This document shows positions 38,050 to 47,962 of a stretch of 64,000 bases of DNA, piece by piece. Made by a program: the position numbers and the translations under genes. Location: positions 2,528,001 through 2,592,000 of the forward strand of contig OZ245777.1 in assembly GCA_965227775.1 (NCBI GenBank), read 5' to 3'. Below the pieces are notes generated by a model that was not told the origin of the DNA, searched no databases, and saw only the letters and a list, made by a program, of their open reading frames with translations. This DNA comes from Phycisphaerales bacterium. GTDB taxonomy: Bacteria > Planctomycetota > Phycisphaerae > Phycisphaerales > UBA1924. Positions within the stretch are counted from its first letter, which is position 1, and each line of letters starts with the position of its first letter.

Positions 38050-39520
38050 GGGCCTGAGCCTCGTCGAGCAACCTGTTTGCCTTGGTATCGTCGGGTGCCT
38101 CGGCTATCAGCCGCACGATGGGCTCGGTGTTGCTTGCACGCACGCTGAGCCACGCCTTCTCGTCGTCAAGGTCGATCCGCACGCCGTCCTGCAGGTCGAC
38201 ACGGCCTCGGCCCTCAAACGCCTTTGTAACAGCGTCGATAGCTGGCTTGGCCGCTTCTTTGCTCGCGATGTCCTGCTTGCGCTTCACGATGGCGTAGCTC
38301 GGCAGGCCGCCGACGATCTGGCTCAACGGCTTCTCGTGCCGGGCCATGAGCGCGAGCGTCAGGCCCATCGCCACGACCGAGTCTCGCACGAACGAGACCG
38401 AGGGCCAGATGACCCCGCCGTTACCCTCGCCGCCGAGCACGACGTTCTTGCCGTCGGCCAGCAGCTCGAGCATCCGGCCGACGACGTGGGCCTCGCCCAC
38501 GGGCGTGCGCTCGACCCGCGCCCCAAACCGCTCGGCCACGTCTTCGATCATGCGGCTGGTCGAGAGGTTCGTGACAATGATCGCCTCGTCATCATCTTCT
38601 TCTTCCAGCTCGAGCAGCGCGAGCGACGAGAGCACGAGCGTGTACTCCTCGCCGATGTAGCGGCCGGCCTCATCGACGATCGCGAGCCGATCGGCGTCGG
38701 GATCCTGCGCGAAGCCGATGTCGGCGCCTATGCCCGGCACCACGCCGCAGAGCCCGCCGTCGCCCGAGAGGTTCTCTCTCGTCGGTTCGGGCGTGTGCGG
38801 GAACACGCCGCTGGGCGAGCAGTTCAGCGGAATGACGTCGGCCAGGTAATCGAGGAACGGAACGCCGACGAGTGCGCCCGAGCTATTGACCGCGTCGAGC
38901 ACGCACCGCAGCCCGATCGAGCCCGATTCGTCCCACCGCTCGAGCGCTCCATCGGGCAGCATCGAGATCACGCGCCCGGCCACGCCGGACCAGTGGTGGT
39001 ACGAAGCCCTGTCCTCGTCAGCGATGGGTTCGAACGCGGTGGACTCGGCCCACTCGGGACCGCGCCCGAACTGCTCGATGATCTCGCGGGCGAGCTCGGC
39101 GGGCGGAGCGCATGCGAAGTCGAATTCGTGCTCTTCGCCGCCGGCAATGCCCGCGATGAGGAGCTTCAGCCCATTCCATTGCTGCGGGTTGTGGCTTGCC
39201 GTCACGATGACCGCGCCGTCTACCTCGTCCAGCGCCGCCATGCCGATGGTGGGGGTGCTTGCAACGCCGAGCCGAGTGACCGAGCAGCCCGAGCCGAGCA
39301 GGCCCGCGACGGCGGCTTCATAGACGGCCTCGCCGCCCCGACGCCCGTCGCGGCCGATGATCACATGGGGTGATGAGCCCCGAGCGTTCAGAAATGTCCC
39401 AAAAGCCGCGGCGTACCGCAGGGCGACCTCGGGGGTGAGGCTCTGGCCGGTGATCCCCCGCATGCCGCTGACGCCGAGCATGAGGGGGGCTGACGTTTGA
39501 TTCTCGGTCGTGGATGCCAT
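38039..39520 (-). CDS. Alpha-D-phosphohexomutase (GlmM/PMM-like)
   Basis: VSGMRG, VTASHNP (phospho-Ser), QDPDADR (metal loop), GGEGNGG, RASNTEP. Confidence 0.92.
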   Translation of the reverse strand: MASTTENQTSAPLMLGVSGMRGITGQSLTPEVALRYAAAFGTFLNARGSSPHVIIGRDGRRGGEAVYEAAVAGLLGSGCSVTRLGVASTPTIGMAALDEVDGAVIVTASHNPQQWNGLKLLIAGIAGGEEHEFDFACAPPAELAREIIEQFGRGPEWAESTAFEPIADEDRASYHHWSGVAGRVISMLPDGALERWDESGSIGLRCVLDAVNSSGALVGVPFLDYLADVIPLNCSPSGVFPHTPEPTRENLSGDGGLCGVVPGIGADIGFAQDPDADRLAIVDEAGRYIGEEYTLVLSSLALLELEEEDDDEAIIVTNLSTSRMIEDVAERFGARVERTPVGEAHVVGRMLELLADGKNVVLGGEGNGGVIWPSVSFVRDSVVAMGLTLALMARHEKPLSQIVGGLPSYAIVKRKQDIASKEAAKPAIDAVTKAFEGRGRVDLQDGVRIDLDDEKAWLSVRASNTEPIVRLIAEAPDDTKANRLLDEAQALIR

Positions 39521-39613
39521 GGAGGCGAGGCTAGGCCCCGGACGGTGCGACCCTCGGCGGTGTCTACTGGTATGAACCCCCTGAGCAGGTCCTTGCAGAC
39601 CGAGGAGAACGTC

Positions 39614-40696
39614 ATGCGACACCGAGCGATCGCCATCCTGGCCCTGAGCGGCCTGGCCCTTGCCTCCCACGCCACCGCCGCGGCGCCATCGCTGTGGTTC
39701 CAGTCACAGGTGGCCGGCCTTCAGCAGCCCGCCGACCGCAACGCCGCCCTGGACTACTGGCGCCTCGTCAACACGACCTCATACGCCGACGACCTGCCGA
39801 CTCGGGCAAGCGGGGTTTTCAAGCTCTTGCATCCGGACTCCGAGAGCGGCGACCAGGCGATCGAGTCGCCCGCAGCGCTTCTGCCCGGCGGGGAACTCGC
39901 GGCCGAGCTGAGTGCCATTGCAGACTTCATGGACGACCTCGAGCGTGCCAGCCGAGAGACCCACTGCGACTTCCAGGTCCGCTACGAAGACGGATACGCG
40001 GCACTGCTGCCCCACCTCGGGCAGATGCGTAACTTCGCCCGTCTCCTAACAGCCGACGCCAGACGCCTTGCGCTCGCCGGTGACAGCCAAGGTGCCGCGG
40101 ATCGCTTGGCCACTGCGCTCCGCATGGCCCGGCACATCACCGGCGATCGCATCCTGATTAGTTCGCTGGTATCTGCGGCGATTACTGATATGGCCATGAG
40201 AGAGGCGTATTGGCTCCTTGATCGGACGCAGGATGGCCGTGAGGTCCGGCAAGCGTTGGGCGAGGCCGTGAGTCGCTTCCCGGCCGAAGATCCGCACAAG
40301 GTCGAGTTGGCACTGAGGACGGAGCGCGATCTTGTCGCGTCTCTGGCACGGCAGTTTCGTGGTCCCAACGCTGGTCGAGACTTCGCGAAACTGTTCCTGC
40401 AAATGGGCGGTACCGGCGAGGACGACTCTGCCGAGTCGGCGTTGCGTGCCCTGAACGGGGAGCAGTTCAAGCTGGAAGTCGAGAAGGCGGTCGACGCGTT
40501 CGACCTGGTATTCGAGGCCTGGAACGCCGAAGATCCGCCCGCCGAACTCCGGATGCTGAGCGAGCACTTCTCGAGTGGCGACTTTGGGCCCGTTGCAGTC
40601 ATTGTGGTGCCGGCGTTTGGTCATGCATACAAGTCTGACGCAAGGGCGAGGGAACGACTCCAGGCGTTCCGAACCCGGCTCGATGTTGATGGCTGA
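39614..40696 (+). CDS. Secreted alpha-helical hypothetical protein co-located with an ECF sigma
   Basis: GAGGAG RBS; signal peptide; NAALDY, CDF, LLPHL, LISSLV motifs. Confidence 0.75.
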   Translation: MRHRAIAILALSGLALASHATAAAPSLWFQSQVAGLQQPADRNAALDYWRLVNTTSYADDLPTRASGVFKLLHPDSESGDQAIESPAALLPGGELAAELSAIADFMDDLERASRETHCDFQVRYEDGYAALLPHLGQMRNFARLLTADARRLALAGDSQGAADRLATALRMARHITGDRILISSLVSAAITDMAMREAYWLLDRTQDGREVRQALGEAVSRFPAEDPHKVELALRTERDLVASLARQFRGPNAGRDFAKLFLQMGGTGEDDSAESALRALNGEQFKLEVEKAVDAFDLVFEAWNAEDPPAELRMLSEHFSSGDFGPVAVIVVPAFGHAYKSDARARERLQAFRTRLDVDG

Positions 40697-41282
40697 ACAC
40701 GAATCAACACAAAGCCATGAAGGCGGCCGGTTCGATGAGGATCGGTCGCTATTGCTCGCGTTTCACGCCGGCAGCGAGTCGGCGGCGATTGAGCTCTGGA
40801 GTCGCTATGCCGGACGACTGCGGGTGTACGCCCGCACGATGACCGATGACGAGCTCGCCGAGGACGTGGTGCAGGGCGTCTTCCTTGACGTGCTGCGGCT
40901 TCGCCGCGGAAAGGTCCGAACCGTGCGCGATCCAGCGGCATGGCTCTGCACGCTGACGCGCCACGCCGCCCTGAACGCCCGGCGCGGTGAGGCACGGCGC
41001 GAGAAGCGCGAGTCGGCTTCGATCGAGGACCGCTCGAGTTCGCAGGCCGAATCGTCGCCGAGCCAGGAGGACGCGTCCGCCGTGCTGGAGCGTTTGCCCG
41101 AGCCGTGGCGCGAAGCGGTCGTACTCCGCCACGCGTATGGATTTACACTGGAGCGGCTGGCCGACGCTCTGGGAGTGTCGCGTTCGACTGCGGCGGATCG
41201 CTACAGCCGCGGTCTCGCGATGGCGCGGGATCTTGCCGAACCGCCACCAAGTCAGAAGGAGCATACAAGCCATGCTCGATGA
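40689..41282 (+). CDS. ECF RNA polymerase sigma factor
   Basis: Region 2 AEDVVQGVF...AWLCTLTRHAALN; region 4 LPEPWREAVVLRH...LADALGVSRST. Confidence 0.85.
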   Translation: MAEHESTQSHEGGRFDEDRSLLLAFHAGSESAAIELWSRYAGRLRVYARTMTDDELAEDVVQGVFLDVLRLRRGKVRTVRDPAAWLCTLTRHAALNARRGEARREKRESASIEDRSSSQAESSPSQEDASAVLERLPEPWREAVVLRHAYGFTLERLADALGVSRSTAADRYSRGLAMARDLAEPPPSQKEHTSHAR

Positions 41283-41643
41283 GTACCAAGTTGATGTTCC
41301 TGCCGGACCGATGCCCCAATCGATCAAGCGTGCGGTGGCCAGGCGACGCTTCGCGAACAGGGCTCGCCGAGCAGGCGGCCTCGGTGCAGTGCTGCTTGTC
41401 GTAGGCGTGGGGGCGTGGTTCATGCTGCCCGGCGAAGGTCCCGAGCCCTCGACGGACCGAGTCGCCGTACAGGACGAGCACGAACTGGACGTCACGCGTC
41501 TGTCTCCGTCGTCGGTGCTCGCTCTGCGCTTGGCGGGCCCCGAAAGTGCTGCCACGACGCCCGCGGGTGCTCGCTCGCGTGGGGACGAGTCCATCTTTGG
41601 GCTTCGCCAGCAGTTGGAAGGGCCGCTCTCGCCGGCCTCATGA
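41272..41643 (+). CDS. Putative single-TM anti-sigma factor
   Basis: AAGGAG RBS, overlaps the sigma stop; basic stretch then TM GGLGAVLLVVGVGAWFML. Confidence 0.6.
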   Translation: MLDEYQVDVPAGPMPQSIKRAVARRRFANRARRAGGLGAVLLVVGVGAWFMLPGEGPEPSTDRVAVQDEHELDVTRLSPSSVLALRLAGPESAATTPAGARSRGDESIFGLRQQLEGPLSPAS

Positions 41644-41676
41644 AGATGCCCCACGCGCCGGGCCGATAAGGACGAG

Positions 41677-44661
41677 GTGAGCCCTCGGTCCATCCAACTC
41701 ATGACGGTGGTCCTGTTGGGCCTCTTCGCGGCTCCCGTGCCAGGCCAGATCCCCGAGGATCTGCTGGGCGAATCGCAGCAGGCCGACCCCTCGCCCTCGA
41801 TCGGCCGCATCGTCCGCCACTTTGATTTCGAGGAGCGGAGCTTCAACGCGCTGGACATCCCGCTGTATTGGATCCGCGCCCAACACGATCCAGAGGTCCG
41901 CGATCGGCCGGGCTTCCCAATCACCAACCTTGGTCGCCTCGACTACCAGTCGCCCTCGACCAGTGGCTTCGGCACGATTCGCCTGGATACCAGTGGCGGA
42001 AGCACGAGCCTTCGCCTCGAGCCGGGGGTTGCGCCGACGTTCCCCTCGGTTAAGTACGCCGTCGGTGCGATGGTCCGCGTTGAAGGCCTGAAGCACGCGC
42101 GTCCTCGGCTTGCGGCTCGCTTGCTTGATGAAGAAGGCCGGCCGATATCGGGCACATCTGCCTCCACGCTCGTCCAGCCAGGTGTTGACGGCTGGGAAGG
42201 CGGATTCGTGCCGGTGCTCATCAAGCTGCCCGCAGCACCTTCCTATGCAGTCTCGCTTCAGATCGATCTTGAGTTGGCCCAGCCACAAGCCCACAGTTCG
42301 CAAGCCAGCCGCGCGTACGAGCTCTGGAACGAAGACTACGACGGTTCGGTGTGGTTCGACGACGTTGTCATCGTTCAGCTGCCCACAGCCTCGCTGACCA
42401 CGACACGCGGCAGCAACACGTTCCTCGCAAGCGAGGCCCCCGAGTTGCTTATCGATGTGCGCGACCTGTCGGGCGACCCCATCGAGCTTGAGCTGCGTGT
42501 CCGCGACATAGACGGTGTCGTTGTGGCCGAGCGCAGCGAACAGTTTGGCGCCGGTGCACGGGAGATCCGCTGGAAGCCCGAACTTGAGCGGCTTGGCTGG
42601 TATGAGGCCGAGCTGCTCCTCCGCGTTGGATCGATCCCGATGCTCCGACTGCGCGAGCGTTTCGTGTGGCTGCCGGGAACCGGGGGCGCCCAGCTCACGA
42701 TGCCGGCATCCGACGGCATCACGCCAGATCGAGTAGCGCTCGTGGCCCTCAGCGATCGTCGCAGGCTCGCACTCGTCGCCCCGCCTCACGAAGGCGATCC
42801 ACTCGCGAGTTCCGCACGAGAGGTCTTCGAACGCAGCGGCTCGCGAACGCTGATGGTGACCGTGCCCGTTTCGAATTCCGAAGGACTCCAGGCCGATCGG
42901 TGGGCCGAACTCGCGCAGACTTTTACCTCGCTTCGATCACAGACCGGAGCGCAGAGCACGATCATTCTTGACGTCACTCCTGATGACCAAGGCGAAGCGA
43001 CGGGCCACGCCACCGAAGGAGACCGCGCGCTCGCGGTATTCGATGATGGCACCCTCTGGGATGGCGTGCTTGTTCCGATGATCGATCGCCTGGCCGAAGG
43101 AGTCACTCGATGGCATGTCGGGCCCGTCGGTAGCGACGCGCTCGCGGCCACGCCGTCGAGTGGAGGCACGCTCAAGCGGATCGGCGAACGCCTGCACCGG
43201 CTGGTGCCAGATCCCACCATGGGCGCTCCCTGGTCAGGCGAGTTCGATCCGGCGGCCGCATCTCTACCCGATGGACAATCCCAGCGCCGGTCGGGCGGTG
43301 CGATCCAGTGGTCTCTTACGGTGAAGGCTCCGCAGGAAGCCAGGGCGGCATGGATCGCGGAAACCATGAGCAAAATCAGCGGGCTCCTCGCCTCGGAGGG
43401 CGCGAGCGAGGGTGTTCTCGTGCTCGAACCGCTTGATGAAACGCTCTTCGGGCGGCACGCGGCCGTCGCGCGCCTGGCCGAGCAGATGCTGGCCTTTTGG
43501 GCAGCGCTGCCGCAACCCGAGTTTCCCGTGCTCGGTGCGACGCCTGAATCGGAGCTACAACTTGCGCTTTCTGGCTCATTTCGCTGGCAAGAGCAAGACG
43601 ATCGCGAAGAGTCGTTCGACACCAGCGAGGAGCAACACCCCGTTGAGGCCACAGCACAGCTCGCCGCATGGAGGGCAGTCGGCGACCGACTGGTTGGACG
43701 GCGCCTCGTGCACGATTTCACCACCGCCGACGGAATCGATGCCAGCGTGTACCACGCAGTCGTACCACGGGCAGCGGGCAGCGGTGGGCTGCTTGTGCTC
43801 CATCCGCCGGCTGCTCGTGGGCCCACTGGCGAGCGGCCAACCGTCTTCGAGTTCTACCTGGGGGAAGAGCCAGTCAGGGTCTTCGACGTCTTCGGCAATG
43901 AACACACCGTGGAGGCAACGCAAGCCCGGGATGCGGCTTCCGATTCCGCATCCGAGATTCCGCGTCTCGTCCACCGTATCGAACTGGGCGATTGGCCCGT
44001 ATTCGTCGAGGGGGTCGACGTTGATTTGCTGTTGTTCATCGCTTCGCTTCGCCTGGAGCCGGCCCAACTCCCCGCGATCGATGCCGAGCATCAGGCCGCG
44101 CTCGTTATGCGTAATCCCTGGCCGGGCGTCACGAGCGTCCGGGTGCGCGTGGTCTCGCCGGGGGGGTTCGGTGGCCAGCCCGTATCGCAGCGGTCGTGGG
44201 AAATCTCGCCCCGGCTCACCGAGTTGCTTCTCGAGGGTGGTACGGAACGACGCACGCCGATCAACATCCGCTTCCGAAGAAGCGAGCCGGCCGGGCGCAA
44301 GAACCTCGGTCTCGAGTTAGATATCCGCGGTGAACAGGCCGCCCGGCGAGTTCGCGTCGATGTGCCGTTCGAGATCGGGCTCGAGTACCTGAGCGTCATC
44401 GCTTCAGCGCGGCGAACACCTGAGGGCCTGCTCGTGCAAGCCGAGGTTCGCAACCTCGGCGATCGTCCCATCACGCTCGAGGCGACCGCGATCGCGACGG
44501 GAACTCGGCGTGAGCGTGCCCTCATCTCCCGTTTGCCGGCCGGGGCCACCGCCCGACGCGACATCCTGCTGCGTGGAGTGAGGGAGGCCCAGCGTGTTCT
44601 GCTCGCGGTCGAGGACACCGATCTCGGTGGACGCCTGAACTACGAGGTCGACGTTCCCTGA
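41677..44661 (+). CDS. Large secreted multidomain hypothetical protein (CBM-like N-terminus, Ig-like C-terminus)
   Basis: 994-aa ORF, signal peptide, FDFEE and VWFDDV (CBM4/9-like ends), beta-sandwich C-terminal segments. Confidence 0.7.
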   Translation: MSPRSIQLMTVVLLGLFAAPVPGQIPEDLLGESQQADPSPSIGRIVRHFDFEERSFNALDIPLYWIRAQHDPEVRDRPGFPITNLGRLDYQSPSTSGFGTIRLDTSGGSTSLRLEPGVAPTFPSVKYAVGAMVRVEGLKHARPRLAARLLDEEGRPISGTSASTLVQPGVDGWEGGFVPVLIKLPAAPSYAVSLQIDLELAQPQAHSSQASRAYELWNEDYDGSVWFDDVVIVQLPTASLTTTRGSNTFLASEAPELLIDVRDLSGDPIELELRVRDIDGVVVAERSEQFGAGAREIRWKPELERLGWYEAELLLRVGSIPMLRLRERFVWLPGTGGAQLTMPASDGITPDRVALVALSDRRRLALVAPPHEGDPLASSAREVFERSGSRTLMVTVPVSNSEGLQADRWAELAQTFTSLRSQTGAQSTIILDVTPDDQGEATGHATEGDRALAVFDDGTLWDGVLVPMIDRLAEGVTRWHVGPVGSDALAATPSSGGTLKRIGERLHRLVPDPTMGAPWSGEFDPAAASLPDGQSQRRSGGAIQWSLTVKAPQEARAAWIAETMSKISGLLASEGASEGVLVLEPLDETLFGRHAAVARLAEQMLAFWAALPQPEFPVLGATPESELQLALSGSFRWQEQDDREESFDTSEEQHPVEATAQLAAWRAVGDRLVGRRLVHDFTTADGIDASVYHAVVPRAAGSGGLLVLHPPAARGPTGERPTVFEFYLGEEPVRVFDVFGNEHTVEATQARDAASDSASEIPRLVHRIELGDWPVFVEGVDVDLLLFIASLRLEPAQLPAIDAEHQAALVMRNPWPGVTSVRVRVVSPGGFGGQPVSQRSWEISPRLTELLLEGGTERRTPINIRFRRSEPAGRKNLGLELDIRGEQAARRVRVDVPFEIGLEYLSVIASARRTPEGLLVQAEVRNLGDRPITLEATAIATGTRRERALISRLPAGATARRDILLRGVREAQRVLLAVEDTDLGGRLNYEVDVP

Positions 44662-44677
44662 GTTAGGGTCGACTTGC

Positions 44678-45481
44678 TCAAGGGCGCTTCAGCAGCCAGA
44701 TCGCATATCCCGGTGCGCCCTCGGCCAGAGGCTCCATCGCCTCGCCCGACTCATCTGCGCAGCCGATGAGTTCGAATCCTGACCGTTCAATGATCGCGTT
44801 CCACTGCGGCCTGTCGTAGCTGCGCAGCACGTAGCTGCTCGGGACGATCTGTGTCTCGGTCGGTCGCGTCACTTCCAGCACGTTGTGCACGTGTTCCATG
44901 CGGTCGCGGCCGCCCCGAGCGGGAGTGTACTGCACGACCTGCTTGACACGGAGCGAGCCGCGTGCACCCTCCCAGACGTCCTCGCTGGGCTGCTCGACGC
45001 CGTAGACGCTCATGCTCAGGCCGACCGCGTACACGCCGCCGGGCTTGAGCACGTTGTACACGCGGTGCAGGTGCCCAAGCATCGCTGCGTCGGTACCGAG
45101 GTGGCGGATGGTGTTGATTAGGTTGAAAGCGAGCTCGAAACGCCAGCCGCGTGCCAGCTCGGCCGCATCAAACGCTTCCATCGTCGCGACGCCCACGCGC
45201 CATAGGCCTCCATCGAATCGCTCCAACCCATGCCGTGCGTACTCGACCATGGCCTCGCTCTGGTCGAATCCCGCGATGCGCACACCGCGCGCCGCCGCGA
45301 CGCGGAGATACCGGCCACTGCCGCAGGCCGGCTCCAGCCATGGGCCCCTCGCACCGAGCCCCAGCCGGATGCAGAGACGTTGCAGTCCCGTCACCTCGGC
45401 CGCAGTACCCGCACCGTGCAGCACGTCGTAGAGCACCGGTTCGTCGTAGAATCCTCTCGCAATGTCGGCCTCGTCTGCCAT
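44678..45481 (-). CDS. Class I SAM-dependent methyltransferase
   Basis: WLEPACGSGR, GFD, LKPGGVY. Confidence 0.88.
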   Translation of the reverse strand: MADEADIARGFYDEPVLYDVLHGAGTAAEVTGLQRLCIRLGLGARGPWLEPACGSGRYLRVAAARGVRIAGFDQSEAMVEYARHGLERFDGGLWRVGVATMEAFDAAELARGWRFELAFNLINTIRHLGTDAAMLGHLHRVYNVLKPGGVYAVGLSMSVYGVEQPSEDVWEGARGSLRVKQVVQYTPARGGRDRMEHVHNVLEVTRPTETQIVPSSYVLRSYDRPQWNAIIERSGFELIGCADESGEAMEPLAEGAPGYAIWLLKRP

Positions 45482-45538
45482 CGCGACAGACTAGGACGAA
45501 AGACCCGGACGCCGAATTGGTACCACGGAGGAACATGC

Positions 45539-46639
45539 ATGATGGCACGCGTCTTTGGATTGCTCGCAGGGGTACTAGCGTTGTCGCTGAGCGCGGCGGC
45601 CGAAGCGCAGCAGACGACCGAACCGGTACACCTGCTCGAGGCGATCGGCGCGGAGGTCCTGGTCGACGCGTCCGGTCAGGTCCATGTGGACGGGCAGCGA
45701 CTCGACGTCGAGGGGCAGCCCGTGCGGCGCGTCGTTGGAGCAGTCGAACTGGACGGACACCTGCTGGTTGCCATCCGCGACGGTGCGATCCTCGTGTTTG
45801 AACCTTCGGACGGCGATGAACTGCCACGTCTGGTCCAGGTGCTGGATGGCCTGGGGCGCGAGTTGCGTTCCATTGCCGCCGATGACCGGCTCGACCGCGC
45901 CATCGTGCTTGCGGCGGGCACAACCGAAGTCTTCGGCGTACACGTACATGATGAAACCGTCTGGCGTGAGGACGATCCAACCAGGCGCGCGTTCGTCGAC
46001 CACGCTCGATTCCTCGACATGCTGCGGGACGAGACGGCCGGTGAGACGGAGAAGGCCGACCCGCGCACGTTCGCCATCGGCCCGCGCTCGCTCCTGCTCG
46101 CGACAGACCGAGGTCTGCTCGAACTCCTGCACCTGAACCGCAGCTATGCCCTGCTGGCCCGCGCCCCGCTGCCGCCGGGCGTCGCACGCATCGAGTCCCT
46201 TGCGTTCGCGGCCGATCCCGGCAGTGGGGACGGCGTCGACCCGCGGACCATCAAGGGGCGCTGGCTGCTCGCAGGCCTAAGTGACGAGGCCGAATGCGTG
46301 CTCAAGTGGGCGGAGCACCCGGCCGGTCCATGGCAAGACCTGGGCGTCGCGGCCCTGGACGGCTCGCTGGCAACACCCACGGGGAGTTCGAACGAGGGCG
46401 GTGACACCGACGCGCGCGAGGGAACGCCGATCGCCTGGTTGCCCGGTAGCTTCTCGATTCGTGATCCTGACGGCAAGACGATGACCCTCTGCATCCGCGG
46501 CGAGCGCGGCGCTGCCGCGAGTTGGCCTATCGGCGCAACAAGTCTCGACAGCGATTCGCTGACTATTCGATGGCTGGACGATGAAACCGCTGTTGATGCG
46601 CCCGACAGTGGGAGTGGGGGCGCCGAAGCCAGCCGCTAG
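45539..46639 (+). CDS. Secreted hypothetical protein (possible beta-propeller)
   Basis: GGAGGA RBS, signal peptide ending AEA, alternating beta-strand pattern. Confidence 0.65.
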   Translation: MMARVFGLLAGVLALSLSAAAEAQQTTEPVHLLEAIGAEVLVDASGQVHVDGQRLDVEGQPVRRVVGAVELDGHLLVAIRDGAILVFEPSDGDELPRLVQVLDGLGRELRSIAADDRLDRAIVLAAGTTEVFGVHVHDETVWREDDPTRRAFVDHARFLDMLRDETAGETEKADPRTFAIGPRSLLLATDRGLLELLHLNRSYALLARAPLPPGVARIESLAFAADPGSGDGVDPRTIKGRWLLAGLSDEAECVLKWAEHPAGPWQDLGVAALDGSLATPTGSSNEGGDTDAREGTPIAWLPGSFSIRDPDGKTMTLCIRGERGAAASWPIGATSLDSDSLTIRWLDDETAVDAPDSGSGGAEASR

Positions 46640-46784
46640 TCCGGTACACCGCTGCGGGTGCCAAGTCCAAACACCCGCGAGCCCGACCTGCACGGAACCG
46701 TAAGTGCTGACCGCAGCGCTATCGGAGTCGGGGTCCGGTCGATGAGAGGAAGGGCAACCGGACTCGCTCCGCTATGCTCTCCCC

Positions 46785-46919
46785 GTGCGTTTTCACCGCT
46801 CCCGCAATCCTGACGACCGGATCGGCCTCTCGGGCTGCGTCTCACTGTGGTTTCTTTCCACCTTCGTAGTCATGGTCGGTGTGGTATTGGTATTCCTGCT
46901 TGCGGCGGTGCTCTTCTGA
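46785..46919 (+). CDS. Unlisted 44-aa single-TM small protein
   Basis: GTG...TGA reading (M)RFHRSRNPDDRIGLSGCVSLWFLSTFVVMVGVVLVFLLAAVLF; TATGCT -10 box 6 nt upstream. Confidence 0.5.
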   Translation: MRFHRSRNPDDRIGLSGCVSLWFLSTFVVMVGVVLVFLLAAVLF

Positions 46920-47040
46920 GTTGGCGAAGCCGACGGCAACATGCTGTTCGCCCTGTCGTGCAGGACCGGGCGCCGATAAGCAAGTGACGTTCCCGTGGCC
47001 GCGAGTCACAGCGCGCCGTCTACTCAACGATGAGGCGATC

Positions 47041-47382
47041 ATGACTGTTCGACGATCTCATACTGGCACCTACGCACCACCACCCGATCGCATCGCGGCG
47101 ATCATCCGAGATGTCTTGGCAAAGGGCCGCCCCAGCTACAAATACACAAACGTCGTTGAGTCACCAGCGCACCAATGGACAGCGCGCATAAGGCCAGTCT
47201 GGTGGCCGGTCTTGCTCTCAACGCGGATACACATCCAGTGCGTGGAAGCCAACGGCGGTAGCAGCGTGACCGTCAACACCGTCTCCCAGTTCTACATCAT
47301 GGGTGACGTCTTTGATTTCTATCGGAGGTACATCCACGACTTGCTTACGGCGATTGATGAAGCAGCAGAAGCTGCAAGCTAG
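47041..47382 (+). CDS. Hypothetical protein (113 aa)
   Basis: GAGG RBS before ATG; globular alpha/beta pattern; looks lower in GC than neighbours. Confidence 0.55.
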   Translation: MTVRRSHTGTYAPPPDRIAAIIRDVLAKGRPSYKYTNVVESPAHQWTARIRPVWWPVLLSTRIHIQCVEANGGSSVTVNTVSQFYIMGDVFDFYRRYIHDLLTAIDEAAEAAS

Positions 47383-47570
47383 CCACAGTTAAGCATCGGC
47401 TGGCAGCCTGGCCCCGTGTCGGCGTGCGTCCACACCTCGGGTCAGTCAGAGTCCCGCCACGCCCGAATTCGTACGCCACGAATTAGCCATGTTTGCGATC
47501 GGCTTGGTCTTGGGTCGGTCAGGGTTCAAAGATGAACTTGGCCGGTGTCGCGCGGGGGCGGGAGGACCGC

Positions 47571-47777
47571 ATGGGACGCATTCCGTTCAAGGGCTGGTTG
47601 CTGCTGATGCTCGGCGCGTCACGGGCGCCGCTGTCGGCCGAAGAAGCGCGAGCCATGCGCAGGAGCAAGGCCAGGGACGAGCCGGCAGGCACGACCGTCG
47701 TCGTGCCGCCGCCCATGAAGACAAAGCACGACGCGGCGGACGCTCTGGAGCACCCAGCCGGCCCCGAGCCGCGGTAG
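47571..47777 (+). CDS. Small hypothetical protein (68 aa)
   Basis: GGAGGA RBS 4 nt before ATG; short hydrophobic N-terminus then low-complexity tail. Confidence 0.5.
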   Translation: MGRIPFKGWLLLMLGASRAPLSAEEARAMRRSKARDEPAGTTVVVPPPMKTKHDAADALEHPAGPEPR

Positions 47778-47933
47778 CGATTTGGGGAAGTCCGCCCCAG
47801 CGAGCAGATTGTCGACACGTCGCCGAAACCCCGGCCCGGCCCCGAACGTACCGGTGGGCGGCTGGCCCGGTCGGAGCCCCCAGCAATTGGGGGCCAATGA
47901 CCCCACCGGGCCCAAACACTGCCACGCCGGAGC

Positions 47934-47962
47934 ATGACAATCCGGGTCGGCACCAATAGACT
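47934..47962 (+). promoter_or_regulatory. Sigma70-type promoter for the DUF3467-SecA locus
   Basis: ATGACA-17 nt-TAGACT. Confidence 0.55.

Noticed and set aside
46700..46775. Stem with purine-rich loop (CGATGAG) as a hammerhead-like ribozyme
   Set aside because: Lacks the CUGANGA and GAAA core in the correct arrangement
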